DNA of 64,000 nt from Lama glama (taxonomy: Eukaryota): the NCBI GenBank assembly GCA_028534125.1, contig CM052817.1:27902001-27966000 (forward strand), read 5' to 3'. Below the pieces are notes generated by a model that had not been told where the DNA came from, did no database searches, and saw nothing but the letters and a program-made list of their open reading frames with translations. Position 1 is the stretch's first letter. Each line of letters starts with the position of its first letter. Below are positions 12,790-26,556 of this stretch, piece by piece. A program made the translations under genes and the position numbers.

Positions 12790-13910
12790 GCACTTTCTGT
12801 TCTCCGGACCCCTTAACACTCTTAAAGCTTATTAGGAATCTCCCAGAGCTTTTGTTTATGTGGCTTATAACTATCGATATTTACCAAATTAGAAATTAAG
12901 ACAGAAATTTAAAAAATATGTATTGATTTATCTAAACATAACAGGAATAATCCCAATATATGTAATATAAACAGATTTTACGAAACATAACTATTCTCCC
13001 AAACAAAAAAAATTAGTGAGAAAATCAGCACTGTTTTACATTTTTTTATCATCTCTTTAATGTCTAGGTTAACAGAGCTGGATTCTCATATCGTTTTGGT
13101 TGACATATATGAGGGAAATCCAACTTCACAGAGAGACGGGAGTTACAAAGGAGAGAAGTATTTTGATAACCTTTTCTAATACCCACAGCTACTCTTTGAG
13201 ACAACATCAAAACTCAACAAGTGGTCTCTTACAGAGGTAGAGACAGTTTCCTAAAGCTTAGTTTCACTGTGGAACCTGAAACTGTTTTGGTGGTGAGCAC
13301 ACTGCTGTGCAGACAGAAGAAGAAACACACTGTTTTACACACAGAACTTACATAATGCTATAAACTAATGTTACAATAAAAAAAAAGAAAAAAAAAATCC
13401 ATCGGTCCAGTTTGACCTTTGAATGGATCTTTTCTGGAACCTCACAAAAGCAGCTGGGTCAGCTCACAGCTCACAACAATCCCCAGACACTCCGCCTTGA
13501 CACAGCGGCTGTGCCGTGGAAGGCAGCCGGAGCGCTCTGTGCATACTTTCCGTTTTGTGACACAGAATATTAATAAACTGTGTATCAAGTTTCAGGATTT
13601 AATAACAGTATGAGGTTTACAGCTTCTTCAAGGGCATTCTTAAGTGAAATGGCTTTTCTGGGTTGTTTTTTCCATGTGAGTACATGGCAGTGAAGACTAC
13701 AATGACTTCTGGTACCACCACACCACTGTTTGTGTCCAGGTACCAGCAATTTTACCCACTGTTGCTCTTGCAATAGCAGTGAAAAAGGTAAGAAATGTCT
13801 TGAAAATACAAAAAATTTGAAACTGAAAATTTGAACTCACTCATGGATCTTCCTTTAGAAGGTTTTGGGTATTTCCCTGGTGTCTACAGACCATACTTTG
13901 AGAAAGGCTG
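12790..13910. mobile_element. hAT-Charlie (Charlie1-like) non-autonomous DNA transposon
   Basis: ggaccccttaacactcttaaa...agagcttttgtttatgtgg...atcgatatttacc start; gaccatactttgagaaaggctg end. Confidence 0.75.
13285..13396 (+). mobile_element. Short L1 3'-end fragment with poly-A inserted in the Charlie element
   Basis: gtgagcacactg...aacttacataatgctataaactaatgttacaataaa plus A tail. Confidence 0.65.
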
Positions 13911-14547
13911 AAGCAAGTGAATACGTGAATATTTAGCTCTACATTATATAGCTGTTTCTATTTCTTCTGCACCCCATCCTTTCCAAAGCTAGAAAAAACA
14001 AACAAACAAACAAAAAACAAAAACACAAAAAGAAAAAAACAAAAACTAAACCTCTCCTAATTTAAAAACAAAAACAAGGCAAAAAACATCAGAATGTTGA
14101 GATAGAATTTATGTGCTATGTCATTTATCTCCTAAGATGAGAAAGCATGCATTCTCGGGACTTGGCTGGAAGAGGCTCCCGCAGGCAGAACCCCTCGTGA
14201 GCAGCCTCTGCTGAGGCCGATGGCTTTGGCAGCCCCCCAGACAAATGCAAAGGGAGACCTAGGATCTGGTCTTAAGGGGCTGGAATTACTTGGGAGTTCC
14301 TTTCAAACCCTGTTACTGCTGAAGTGTTTTGATCGGTAGGGCGTTTTAGATGCTGTTCAGTTTGAGCTCCTTTTGACAGTAAGTTCCTTTTTTTTTTCTA
14401 ATTTATAATACTAGAATAACAGTTTCCTAGATGGCCATGCCTGGTCTTCCATACCAATATACTGATTTTGCATTAGGAAAATAAACTCCCTGGAGTACTT
14501 ATCTAATGGGTCCTGTATTGTACCCTGGATTTCAACACCCCATGGCT

Positions 14548-14942
14548 CCCCAAAGTGGAAACAATCCAAATGTCCTTCAGTGAATAAATGGATAAACAAA
14601 ATATGGTCTATCCATACAATGAAATATTATTGACCTGTAAAAAGGAAGGAAGTACTGATTCATGCTGCAACAGGGATGAACTAAGGTCATGTATCATGAT
14701 TTCATTTATATGAAATGTCCAGAATAGGCAAACCTGAGACAAAAATCAGTGGCTGCTGGAGACTGGGGCATGGGGGTGAGGGGAAACGAGGAGGGACTGC
14801 TTTAGGGGATGGGGTGATGACAATGTTCTGGCATTAGAGAGTGGGGACATTTGCACAATTCTGTGAATCTACTAGAAACCACTGAATTGTATAATTTAAA
14901 AGGGTGAATTTTATGGTATGTAAATTTTATCTAAAAAAAAAT
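14548..14942 (+). mobile_element. Old L1 (L1MB-like) 3' fragment
   Basis: gtggaaacaatccaaatgtcc...atggataaacaaaatatggtctatccatacaatg...gtgaattttatggtatgtaaattttatct plus A tail. Confidence 0.85.
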
Positions 14943-15144
14943 CCCACTGTGATTCTCCTGGCCTACGGGGTCAATATCTTATATTTAGATTTTCTTACCA
15001 CATGTATTTCCCTGCCGTAGAAAATGAGAAGCAGTCACTGTTGTACTGGCAGAGCCGTTAATAAAGGAAGGAGAGGAATCCCTGATGAGAACATGAAACT
15101 GTTGCCTTCCCTTTAACACTCTCTACCCCCACTCATGCCACCTG

Positions 15145-16400
15145 CCCTCATTAACTCAGCCACGGTGGCCTGGGTGCCTCCAGGGAGCCAAGCCCTGCTC
15201 TAGGCACTGCGAAACAACAGCGAACTAAATGGACAGTTCCCTGCCCTTCTGGAGCTTTGATTCTAACAGAGGAGAATGACAATAAAAAAAAATAAGCAAA
15301 TATGTCACAGCCTGATAGTCATGCACCGTGAGTAAGACAGGAAGGCAGGGGGAGAGTGGCAGGAGCAGTGGGGGTGGGACTGGTGGTTCTTTAGGGTCGG
15401 GTGATCTGGGAGGGCCTCTTCCAGCACAGAGCACAGACCCCAGGGCCAGGGCAGAAGGGAGAGAGCCAGCTGGAACAGCACGTGAAGAGTGAGGAATAGC
15501 ACGATGCCTGTGGGCTGGAGCTGGGTGTGGGGGAAAGCTCAGAGGGTGACAGTGATGGGGAGGAAGGATTGGTGGGGTTGGCCAAGGCGGGGGCTGTGGA
15601 TTTCATTCTAAATGTGATAGAACATTGGGTGCATGTATCTTTTTGAATTAAGGTTCCCTCTGAATATATGCCCAGGAGTGGGATTGCTGGATCATATGGT
15701 AAGTCGATTTTTAGTCTTTTGAGGAATTTCCAATGTTCATAGCAGCACTATTTACAATAGCTAAGATATGGAAACAATCTAAATGTCTATTGACAGATGA
15801 CTGGATAAAGAAGCTGTGGTGCATTTATACAATGGAATACTACTCAGCCATAAAAAAGAATAAAATAATGCCATTTGCAGCAACATGGATGGACCTGGAA
15901 ATTGTCATACTAAGTGAAGGAAGCCAGAAAGAGAAAGAAAAATACCATATGATATCACTTATATGTGGAATATAAAAAAAAGACGAACTTCTTTACAAAA
16001 CAGAAACAGACTCACAGACAGAAAACAAACTTATGGTTACTGGTGGGGAAGAAGGTGGGAAGGGATAAATTGGGAATTTGGAAATCTGCAGATACTAACT
16101 ACTATATATAAAATAGATAAACAATCAGTTTACACTGTATAGCACAGGGAACTATATTCAATACCTTATAGTAACTTATGGTGAAAAAATATGAAAACAA
16201 ATACATGTATGTTCATGTATGACTGAAGCACTGTGCTGTACACCAGAAATTGACACAGCACTGTAAACTGACTACACTTCAGTAAAAATATATATATTAA
16301 AACATGTGACAGAGTCTGTGGAGTTTTGAGGAGGGAGGCACTGGGTCTGATTTCCGTTTTCCAGGGATCCCTGAGGCCGCCTGTAGTGAAGAGACAATAG
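15145..16400 (-). mobile_element. L2 fragment interrupted by the L1 at 15620-16302
   Basis: ccctgcccttctggagcttt...ggatttcattctaaatgtgat, resumes gagttttgag...tctgatttccgtttt. Confidence 0.7.
15620..16302 (+). mobile_element. 5'-truncated, 5'-inverted L1 (ORF2 C-terminus plus 3'UTR)
   Basis: ORF 15733..15975 MFIAALFTIAKIWKQ...YTMEYYSAIKKN is the L1 ORF2p C-terminus; 15620-15730 is the adjacent upstream L1 segment in reverse orientation. Confidence 0.92.
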
Positions 16401-17177
16401 GTGGGAGGAAGAGAAGACACTTCACTCCCTCGGCCGGCATTAACTCACAGTCCACAGGGACACCGGCACCGCTAAACGATGCACAGATGCTCGGGAGGAG
16501 CACACGTCGTGTGTCAAGTACATAGTCTGGGAGCTGAACGGTCAGCCGTCGTCCACGGGATCTCAGGGCAAGGACAGCTCCGGACACGGCAGCACCAGCT
16601 TCAGCATCTCAGGGATCTCTTTTCTAACGTGGCTCCTTAACATTTTTATGTGCAAAGGAAATTTACCATGATCCTCTCTCTCACAACTAACACAATAACC
16701 TCACTGCCTCAGAGCAAGCAGAGAAAAAGATCACCCTTCAAGATGCACATAAAAACATATTAAAAATCTCATTCAAAACACCGGCCCAAGGACGTACACT
16801 GGAAAATACTAGCGTGCCTGATTAAGTTCAGTATAACGAGTTGGTACAAGCCTCACAGGGATAATAAAGAGACTAAATAAAATATTAGCACTATTGTCTT
16901 CAGCAGAGGGGAAAAAAGAGCCCTAAAATTTAGCTCTCTGCATATTTGGAAAACATGAGAAGTAGGGAAGAAAGGCTTTGCATATATTAAATCACCATGC
17001 TCCCAAAGGAACAGTAAAAATCTGTAAAGTGTGTACAACTTCTAGACGCATGTATTTTAGGTTAAGGAAAATATCATAAAATGAAACATTGCTATCATTT
17101 TTAACGCATATTGACAATGTTATTTTTTCTAAAAAAGTAAAAAGTCATCTCTTAGCATTCAAATCCTTTCTACTTAC

Positions 17178-17256
17178 CATACTGAAGGGCTTTTAGTGGA
17201 AACCAAAACAGAATAACGGAGTGGAAGAGGCCATTTAAACAATGAACCCAGAAAAC
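17178..17256 (-). CDS. ATP8A1: ATP8A1 exon, 79 bp: [26 protein letters not shown](G)
   Basis: ctcag|GTT acceptor, TATG|gtaagt donor; ends phase 1. Confidence 0.96.
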
Positions 17257-17707
17257 CTGAGGGAAAACAAAAATCCATGAGAACCATTTGCGATAAACTA
17301 GCTCTGTGAACCCTGACCTTTCTTTTTATCTGTGAGCTAGATTCACAAAACGTGTTTCTGTCGGGCCACCACTGTGAATTAAAAGAACTGACAGACACTT
17401 TCTGCCTCTTAGACCTTCATGGGTCATTTATTTATTTTTATGTTTCTCAAATGTTTTTTCAGCCTCATTGAAATTTTTCTACTTTTTAAAAACCAAGTAT
17501 TAAAAGTTTAAATTCCTGCCTGAAAAAGAAAATAAAATTTAAGATAACTGCAGATCCTGAAATTCTTTAAGTGGGACTATCTTCATAATTCCAGAAGAGA
17601 ACAGACTTTCGAAAAAGATTATAATTTGGTGAAATCCCTATTTTCTCTTTTTCAGGCAAATAAAAGTGTAAACATTTTAATGGTAAGGATATAATGCATT
17701 CTCTCTC

Positions 17708-17710
<3 letters not shown>

Positions 17711-17746
<36 letters not shown>
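17711..17746. repeat. (AC)18 microsatellite
   Basis: Perfect dinucleotide run. Confidence 0.98.
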
Positions 17747-17748
<2 letters not shown>

Positions 17749-20711
17749 CCATAAATTGCAAGTATAACATTTAAGTCGTATTAATTCCTTAAAGCAAAGC
17801 ATTTTCACTAGGGCCGAAGATATAAGAGACTTTCACAATTTTTAAACACCTGTCAACATCAAACTTCATTCAATTATAACATCATTTAATAGTAATTACT
17901 TTCTCTATTGTATTTTAAGAACAAGGAAGCAAGTATCACTGGTCCTTTCTTCGTAACATGGATGTGAAAGATTAAGTTATAGAAAAACCATTTAGAACTC
18001 TTACGACCCTTTGAATGGTTGCAGTTTTGTCATTTAAAAGTGCTTCTTGCAAACAAAACTTATGCTAAATAAAATTGGCATGTATTAATAGTTTTAAGCT
18101 GTTCAAACAACAGAAATTAAGTTGCCTGCCTCCCAAAATTTTCCACTGTGATCTCAACCTCCTTTGTTAGTTCACCCAGCCACACTGGATTGTATGATCC
18201 AATTTACGCTCCAATACATTACACATTTGAACTTGTGTTACTCATTAACCTTTGTCTCTTCTCCTCACTATGTCATTACCGCAAGTTTTTATTTGACAGA
18301 AAGCACAGGTGGGTGCAAGAAAAATTAGTTCTACTTTTCCATTTTCCTGACCGATACTTATTGTCACATGTTAATCCTTTAACCCCTGTCACGACCTCAG
18401 AACCTCCGACCCTTCTTACCATAACAAACGTAATCATCATCATTCAGGGCAACAATGCTTCCACGCTGGGGACCCACAGCCACTACTGTGTATACAACTC
18501 TGCATTTTGTAACCATTTGTCCCTGAATTTTAAAACGTGTATATGGGACTTATTCAAAGAATTTTTCACTGAAATCATTAGAAAAACCCATAAACCCTAT
18601 AAAAATTGTTGGCATCTTGTGCATCTATAAATACTTAAAATGCATACAGGAGTTATATAATCTCTTCGGGTTGATCTGATGACTTCTTGAAATGCATGGG
18701 CTTTGCAGACAATGAAACACTTTGTATACAACAAAAGAACAGCAAAAATGCAAGGGATGATGCTCACACGTTAAAACTATACACTACCTGCCGGCACCTT
18801 TTTCTCTGGCCACAAAACTGTTTCCAAGGTGCCATGTGCAAAGGGCATGAAAGGGTGTGACTTCCCAGGAGTGGTTTTGGGTCATCCTGTGAGGATCACT
18901 TTATGTTTCTAAGCAAGAGTACCATGGCCAACTTAGGGGCTGGGACATAACTCCTGAGAGAACACCGCGGAGCTGGAGCTGTGGCAGATGGGGAAGGGTG
19001 GCGGAGGCTAATGTGAGGGTCTGGGTCGAGGAGGTTTACTGTTAGTGTGCCTGGAACCTTCTTAGTCTCAGATCACATTTTCAAGGAAACAAGAGCTCAC
19101 GGTCCATTCTATCTGCCCTGATTGTGGCTTTCCACCATGTGAAAATATTCACCACAGGTAATGAAAAACATTACAGCAAGGCAGTGGAGTTTAACACAAA
19201 CTGGATATCAAAAATAAATTGGATAATGATCAATAATGGAAAGATCTCTTAAGAATATTAGTATGATTTCATAGTAGTTAATGACATAATAAATAATAGA
19301 CTACAAAACCTACTACTAAAAAAAAGGCTCAAAATGAATAACTGAACTAAAAGAAGAAAAAATTATAAGACAATAAATTAGAGAAGTGGGAATAAAAGAA
19401 AAGAAGACTAAAAAAAAAATTCTGAAAAAAATCCCAAAATAAAACATAAAAATAAAATTTTTAAAAATAAAAGCAGACACTGCATATTATAAATAGCAAC
19501 AGTTTTCAGGGACCACTAAAAATATCCATTAGAACCAACGATGTAAGTCAAAGAATCTTTCAGTTTTTTAAAAAAAATTTAACCAAATTCAGTAATTTAA
19601 AACCATGCCCTCAAGTTGGATGCAAATGCACACCTGGACACATTCGCACAGGACATTCATGAAGACCTAGTCTCAGAAGACGAATAACATCCTGGTGATA
19701 AACTTCACATCGTCATTTACTGTGTGAGGGCGGAGGCACTGACACACCTGTTTCACTTTACTCTCTCGGTAGACTGAGAACAAATGTCCATTTGAGAGTT
19801 TTATGAATTAATAAATGTTTAAAATATCCTACATTCACTTCCTAAATTCAAAACACTGAAGTTAGGTTAAATCTAATTATTAGTAACACGCTAATAAATA
19901 TCCACTAAATATACAATGGGAAAAAATTCTCTGAAGGCGTATTTGATGCTTTTATGATAGTTTTGAAATGGCATCCACCTTGACTGTTATAAAATTAAAA
20001 ATTTTTTTCCCTCACTGACACTGGATAGAAACCTGAATTACTAACAAACACCAGTGGAAAATTAGAATAAATAATTGCAGTAAAATAAACTATACAGGAA
20101 ATGAGATATTTTTGTCACTGGGATGAATAAGTACCCTGGATCACAAAGGTGACAGTAGCCCATGGTTTGCTATGAAGGATATAAACCTAGAATATGATTT
20201 TGGATAAAATGTTGGATATTTTATCTTACATTAAATTTTATAGCTTGGAAATACTGAAGTATTAAGGTTAAATGAGTTATCTACCAGAGACTATATTTTT
20301 AATGCCCAAAGCAATTTAATATTCGAATGGGGACAAAGTCATTTCACAAAACCAAAAATCAGTAAAGAGTGATATATCATCCTCACTATTTCATACTTGT
20401 AAATACAGCCCTTGTCAGTCCTGGATGAGTGAGCACCTTCCTACAACACTGCGAAGACAAAGTCAGAGGGCCAAGGGGACACCCCCTCTGCCTGCCACAT
20501 CTAGTTTACTGCTGCCTGGCAAACCCCAGTGAACTGTGGTTACATTTTAAATTTATAGCAAAACAAAACACCTCTTCAGTCATATCAGAATCTTAAGCAA
20601 ATCTGACTTGCCATGGTCGGGACCCTGGAGTTGTTTCCTGGGCTGTGGAAGACCAGGTGGCCCAAACGATCGGAGAAGAAAAGCAAGTCCCACCAGGGCA
20701 CTGAGTCCTAC

Positions 20712-20834
20712 CTTGGTGTTGAAGTCCAGGGCGTTCTGAGACGTTTTGTATAATTCAGGATATTTCAACATATTCTCTTTTCTGCATGACCTCTCAAATA
20801 TTCCCAGAGTTAACGGCGGCATTGCTGTAAACAT
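20712..20834 (-). CDS. ATP8A1: ATP8A1 exon, 123 bp: [41 protein letters not shown]
   Basis: tttag|ATG acceptor, AAG|gtagga donor; TM6 end and PELY motif. Confidence 0.97.
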
Positions 20835-20938
20835 CTAAAGTGCACAAACCAGTCATTTCACCAGCCAGCCAAACACAGGGTGAACTTTAATCTCAAAGTA
20901 TTCCAAGGAACAGGAATAATCAGAAGGCCTAAACTTAC

Positions 20939-21013
20939 CACGTTATAAAGACCTATGCACCATCTCTCAAAGAGGATCTGTCCAGAAAAGCCATTAACAA
21001 AGGCAAACCAGAT
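20939..21013 (-). CDS. ATP8A1: ATP8A1 exon, 75 bp: [25 protein letters not shown]
   Basis: cccag|ATC acceptor, GTG|gtaagt donor; GFSGQ motif. Confidence 0.97.
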
Positions 21014-21769
21014 CTGGGAAGAAAACAACCCCAAGACCCTCAAATTAGAACACAAAAACATAAACGCATTGCTTAGAATCTGCGGTAAACTCAACCACTA
21101 CATAACAGCGTCATTAACACAGCAGTTTCACGACTCTCTTGAAAATGGCATTTCTTTGCTTCACTTTTTAATTTGAAGGGATGCTTTCATAAGGTCTTTG
21201 CTATTTAAGTCAGAATTGGTTCCACTTGTTGAATCAAAAAAGAACTATATCAATAGGCAATCAGATTTTTAAAGTTAGACAAAACTGTGTTTCCTAAAAG
21301 GTATTTTAGGGAACGTATTTTATGCCATTAAATTTTTAGAGCTTTAATTCCTTTTTAAAATATCTACCTTCTGATAGATAAAGATTATTGTTATTTTTAT
21401 TATAATATAAAATCTGTCTATTTTTAAAAATTAAATAATTTCCTATAATAGTCCCATCACCATTTGTTTTCTTCTGTGTTGGCTGTATTCATATAGTTCA
21501 TTTATATACGTTCATAAATCTGTCCTCTGGAAACTTGTCTGTAGTGTCATGTTCTGCTCCTCTCCTTCTTAACATTATATAAAAGGCATTTTCTTATGTT
21601 GTTACATATCCTTTTAAATGATGTTAATGAATGTATATCCCCTACAGTGTGGCTATAACTATTTTTGGATATTTAGCTTGCTTTCAGTTTTTGCTATTAT
21701 ACATAATTCCAAACTGAATATTCCTGTACAGAAATCCTACATATCTCTATTTCCTTAGGATGAATTCTT

Positions 21770-21943
21770 TTTTTAATAAAAATAGCTTTATTGAGATAAA
21801 ATTGATATACAAAAAAGACATACATTTACTGTATACATTTTGGTGAGTTTGGACATGTGTGTACATTCATGAAATCGTCACCTAATCAAGGTAACAAACA
21901 TAGCCACCACCTCCAAAAATTTTCTTGTGTCCTTTTTCTTCTT
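21770..21943 (-). mobile_element. L1 3'-end fragment with 15-bp TSD, nested in an older minus-strand L1 (~21480-22010)
   Basis: TSD ttaggatgaattctt at 21755-21769 and 21944-21958; poly-T then ctttattgagataaaattgatatac. Confidence 0.85.
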
Positions 21944-24900
21944 TTAGGATGAATTCTTAGAAGTAGAATTAATGGGTCAAAGTACATAAGCTTTTAAAAA
22001 ATAGTTCTTGATAATGATAGCCATCATAATGCAAAATTTGAATTTATATATTAAAAAATAGTTTTGTAACAAATTTATGCTTCAATTAAAAACAAATCTT
22101 TAATAGAGCATCATGTTCTTATATATTCTGCAGATAGCTTAAAAACAGAAAGCTTAACTTTTGATACAAAATGAAAGGGCAATATAGAGAACCTTTCTCC
22201 AACATGTTTAAGACAAATGGAAAATTAAAGTGAATATTAGTAAATCAATAATCCCTACATTATTATTTGTTTTAAAAATGCAGACCTAAAATGTAATTAA
22301 AAATCAAGTTGATCTGGAAGAGTAAAATGTCTGGCCCAACAATGAAATCACATAAACACAAACACAAAACCAAAATATAACAACAGCAACAAAAAAAAAA
22401 CCCCTTAGGGGACAGCAGCCTTGAGGAGCCGGTCAAGTGAATTTCTGAATTGGAGTCGCAGGGACTTTGCTACACTTCACGTTTCATTTAACCTCATTAT
22501 GGAAGCATGAATTGCTACAAATTCACCATTTATCAATATGTACCCAGGCCGGCCTCCCTATGAAAAGTTTCTGTACCCACACTGATCTTTTTCCTTTTTA
22601 TGGTGGAAAGGAATGACTGAGCATAGATAAAAACGAATGTCTGCTTCATGAGATGGAAAAGAAAACAAAGTAGCAATAGCACATGAAAAGTAAGCCCAAA
22701 TTGTGTTAAGGTTGTAACAGACATTAGCAACAACAAGAACAAAAGCATAAACATGGGAGGCAAATCTGAAATTCTTACTTGCTCTGCTACATATATTTAC
22801 AGGAATAAAACCTGACCATGTACCCTCAGTTAAGAGCCAGATCGTTTGTTGCTATATGCAAATTTAGCATCTTCATGTGATGTTAAATTTACTCCTTGGG
22901 ATGGTGCTGCTGACTCAAAACTTTATTTTTTTAAAGCGTAAGTAGACACAAATTGACAAGGCTGACTTTAATGCTCCCTATTGTGTTTTCACAGTTGGCT
23001 TTTCTGAGATGTGGATTATGTAAATACATATTTGTGATCCTCTGGATGATGCCAGTGTTCTCCCTGAAGGCGACTGTGGTCTATTGTAGTATTACACACC
23101 AAGAAGCCAGTTCAGATTTCTTAGGGTATGATGGTAATATCTGGAATTTTTAAACATGAACTTTCAATTATGGCTTTAGTAGTCTATGAAGATACATATA
23201 ATCTTCATTGGTCTTAAGAAAGCTGAAGCTGCTTGCATATCAAATTTGTTTAACACACATGATTTGGCTTCAAGGTTATAGTTATAAGTGCATTTGCAAT
23301 CACCAGTACTGGATAATATTAACGTGAATTTCTGTGTGAGTAAACATCTGTAAATGAATGGTCTCCTAGTTTCCCTGTACACAACATTCAGTGCTGGTTA
23401 AAATACCATTGTGAGCTTGAAATTTAGGATCTCCTTCAGATCACTGGATATTTACATAAAGTTTCCAGTTCAAAATAACTTGCAAATAAACCAACATGTT
23501 TGCAGTCAAAGTTTATTTTAAAATGTACCAGTTAACTGCTTTGGGAGACAAATGCGGAAAATTTTAAGTGGAAAACCATTAACACATTTTTATCTTTTTA
23601 TTTTTCCTACTGAAACATGTGAACATGTTTTTAGAAGGCCTCTTGCTGTATTTAAAAAAAAACTTAATATTCTAATTTCTTTTATTAAAAAAGGAGAAAT
23701 AACTAGATAGGAATTGATCCTTGCAAGATAGTATCTTCTATCTTTGTACAAATATTTCGGCATTCAAGTTTATATCATTTAAAGGAAAAAAGTTTTTACG
23801 GTGAAGAAGTCTACTAGAAGGCTGATTTCAAGTCAGTCTGAGATTTGTAGTTGAAAGCTGTATTAGAAATGTATTCCATACTAAGTAAAACACCACCTAA
23901 ATTACTATAAACACATGAAAGTCCCTCCTTTGACTCAATAAAACCAATGACGTGGAAAGAAAACATCAGCCCCTCTGGGAAGTTACCTACATTATTTAAA
24001 TTCACAGGAAATCCATATCCCAGCACAATTCTCTGGGAAAGTATCACCTCATTGACTTTAATCAAAGCTTCCGGAAATTAGAAATACTCTGTTGCTTTGG
24101 GATCTTCCTGGAAAACCTGGATGCGACTAACTGTTTGAAATAAAAGGTCTTATTTTGCTAGGAAGGAGTCAGATGTTCCAGAGAAATGGGGAAAAAACAA
24201 AACGAAACAAAATCCCAACTCTTTAGAAAATGCCAGTAATTTCAGTGAACACCTAGAGCTGCTGCTGGGCAGCCCCCCCAAGTAAGCGCTTTACCCTGCC
24301 ACCTGCTAAATCTGTATTTATTTGTTTGGCTGTAATTTACGGCAATGCAGTAGCTAGCTTGTGATATCCCTGGCAGGACAGCAATGGGAAAAGCAGTTTT
24401 TGCAGATAACCTATAAAACCATTAGTGTCCCATGCTATTCCTTTATTAGCAAAGAAACTTCAGACCTGCTTCTCCTGGTTTTATTTTCTAGCTTCCACAT
24501 CCCAGTAGAGGCGTGGCAGTTAAAGCTTCACAGACATTTCCCTGATGGAGCATTTCTGCATATTAAACAGCAGCTTACAAACAGTCAGTGAGTCCTCTGC
24601 TCCCACGCCTGATCAGCACAAAAAACTGAAAGGAGAGGTTCGAGACTGGCAGTTGTCCTCACTAGAGACATTCAATGATGTAGTTTTCTGTCTATTCATC
24701 CACAGTATTGACATGAGCCATTAACATCTGCAGAACTTGTTTTAGCTGGCAAAAGTTGGGTATCTGGGAATTGATTTAAAAGGTCAATTCGTTTCCAAGA
24801 TAGTTGAATTATATTCAAAATACATTAACATAAACTGCTAAAAGAAAAATAACTTAAGAATGAGATTTCCAGTAAAGTTTAGGACGTACTTCCTTTTCAA

Positions 24901-25965
24901 CATGTAAAGAATTTGATCAGTGTTAAATATCTCTCAAAGAGGCTTTAAATTCAAAGCCAAGTGAAATTCAGGGCTAATCAACCACAAATCGTGTAACTCT
25001 GGGTTTGAAACAGAGCGTACAGATTTCGTTTTTCATTTGAGTTTAATATATTTTATTTCTCCCATTAGTGCGTAATTTTGACCACTTCGTCGTTGGTTGT
25101 CAAATAATATAGATTTAAAAAGTGGCAAGTTGAGTACTCTTATTTCATTCTGAACAATTAAATTTTTGTAAGCAGATTTATTACTGCCAGTGGCTTTAAA
25201 CTCCTGCTACTTTCAAAAGTGTATGTAAAAAAAACTGTATAAATTGATATTCTTTTGAATGTCAATGTTTTGGGATGAGAAGAAAATACAACTACAAAAG
25301 TTAGAACTATAGAGAGGACTGGGTATCAAAATAATTATTTTAGAAAAGAATCACAAATTTATATAAAATAGTTTTTTTTTAAATCTTATAAGCTTTTCTG
25401 GAAGTGCATTTTGCTTCAAAACACAGACTATTCCAGACCAAACTTAGTAATGAACAATAAGTAAATTCACAGATTATCCTGTTTATGTTCCAAGTTCTTG
25501 ATTATTTTACCTAATGGGTTGCAATCTAATGACAGCTTCTTAGTGATTGATAAATAACCTGCCTGCATGCTTCAAACCTAAGTTTTCCCTTTACTAGTCT
25601 GACTCATAAAAAGAACTATGCTCAGTCAACATTTTGATAAGGAGATAAACATTCTGACAGGCATAAAGACCAGCTGAAGCAAACATACAGCAGCTACAAC
25701 TAATTCATCAACAGGGGCAAGGGAGAATCTACTGAGTTTTTTGGTTTAAAGTGTTACTTCTGTGGTGTAAAATATGGGGTATTATTTCCACCTGGCAAAT
25801 GGTTAGGTTCTGTCTTTCCTGATCGATGGGCAGAAACAGTGAACAGAGTCGAGGGCAAGGTGGCATAAGCAAACATCTGTAAGGGAGCCTGGAGCAGATT
25901 TATGAGGGCATAGGCAGCTCCTCTGACAGGAGTGGAAGATAGAGGGATTTCTTAAGAAGCTATGG

Positions 25966-26119
25966 AGGGGGCAGGGTATAGCTCAAGCGGCAGAGCGCAT
26001 GCCTAGCATGCAACAAGGTCCTGGGTTCAAACCCCGGCCCCTCCTCTAAATAAATAAGTAAACCTAGTTACCTATAACCTCCCTGACCCCCACCACCACA
26101 CACACAAAAAGAAAAAAAA
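25966..26119 (+). mobile_element. tRNA-Ala-derived camelid SINE (vic-1 type)
   Basis: agggtatagctcaagcggcagagcgcatgcctagcatgca...ggtcctgggttcaaacccc, then taaataagtaaaccta linker and A tail. Confidence 0.88.
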
Positions 26120-26247
26120 TGCTTTGTGAAGCCTCAAGAGGAGCAAGAAATAAGCATTACAAATATTGTTTCTGATGATAAAATGGTAAAAAAAAAAAAA
26201 AAAAAAGTAACTTGCGTACCACACCCTGAATCTGCTTATTCATCTAT

Positions 26248-26556
26248 TAGTGTTGTGTTATCCACGGTGGTAGCCACTGGCTACGTGGCTCCCTGAACAC
26301 TTGAAATGTGATTAGTCCAAACTGAGATATACTCTAAGTGTAAAATACACACCAGATTTTGAACATTTAGCGTGAAGGAAAAAAGTGAGATACTGTATTA
26401 ATAATATATGCTGAAATGATAATATTGAATATATCCAGTTAATTGAAAGATAATTAAAACATTTATTTAGGCTTTAATTTTTTTACTTGTTCACGTGGCT
26501 CCTAGAAAATGTGCATTCACACATGCGGCTTGTTTTATGTTTCTGTTGGCAAGCTC
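26248..26556. mobile_element. MER33/MER3-like hAT-Charlie element
   Basis: tggtagccactggctacgtggct...cacttgaaatgtg...gtgtaaaatacacaccagatttt...gtggctcctagaaaat. Confidence 0.75.

Noticed and set aside
15733..15975. 80-aa ORF as an independent gene
   Set aside because: It is the C-terminus of L1 ORF2p in a truncated element with no promoter
18148..18630. 160-aa plus-strand ORF
   Set aside because: Non-ATG start, composition typical of AT-rich intron, no family resemblance
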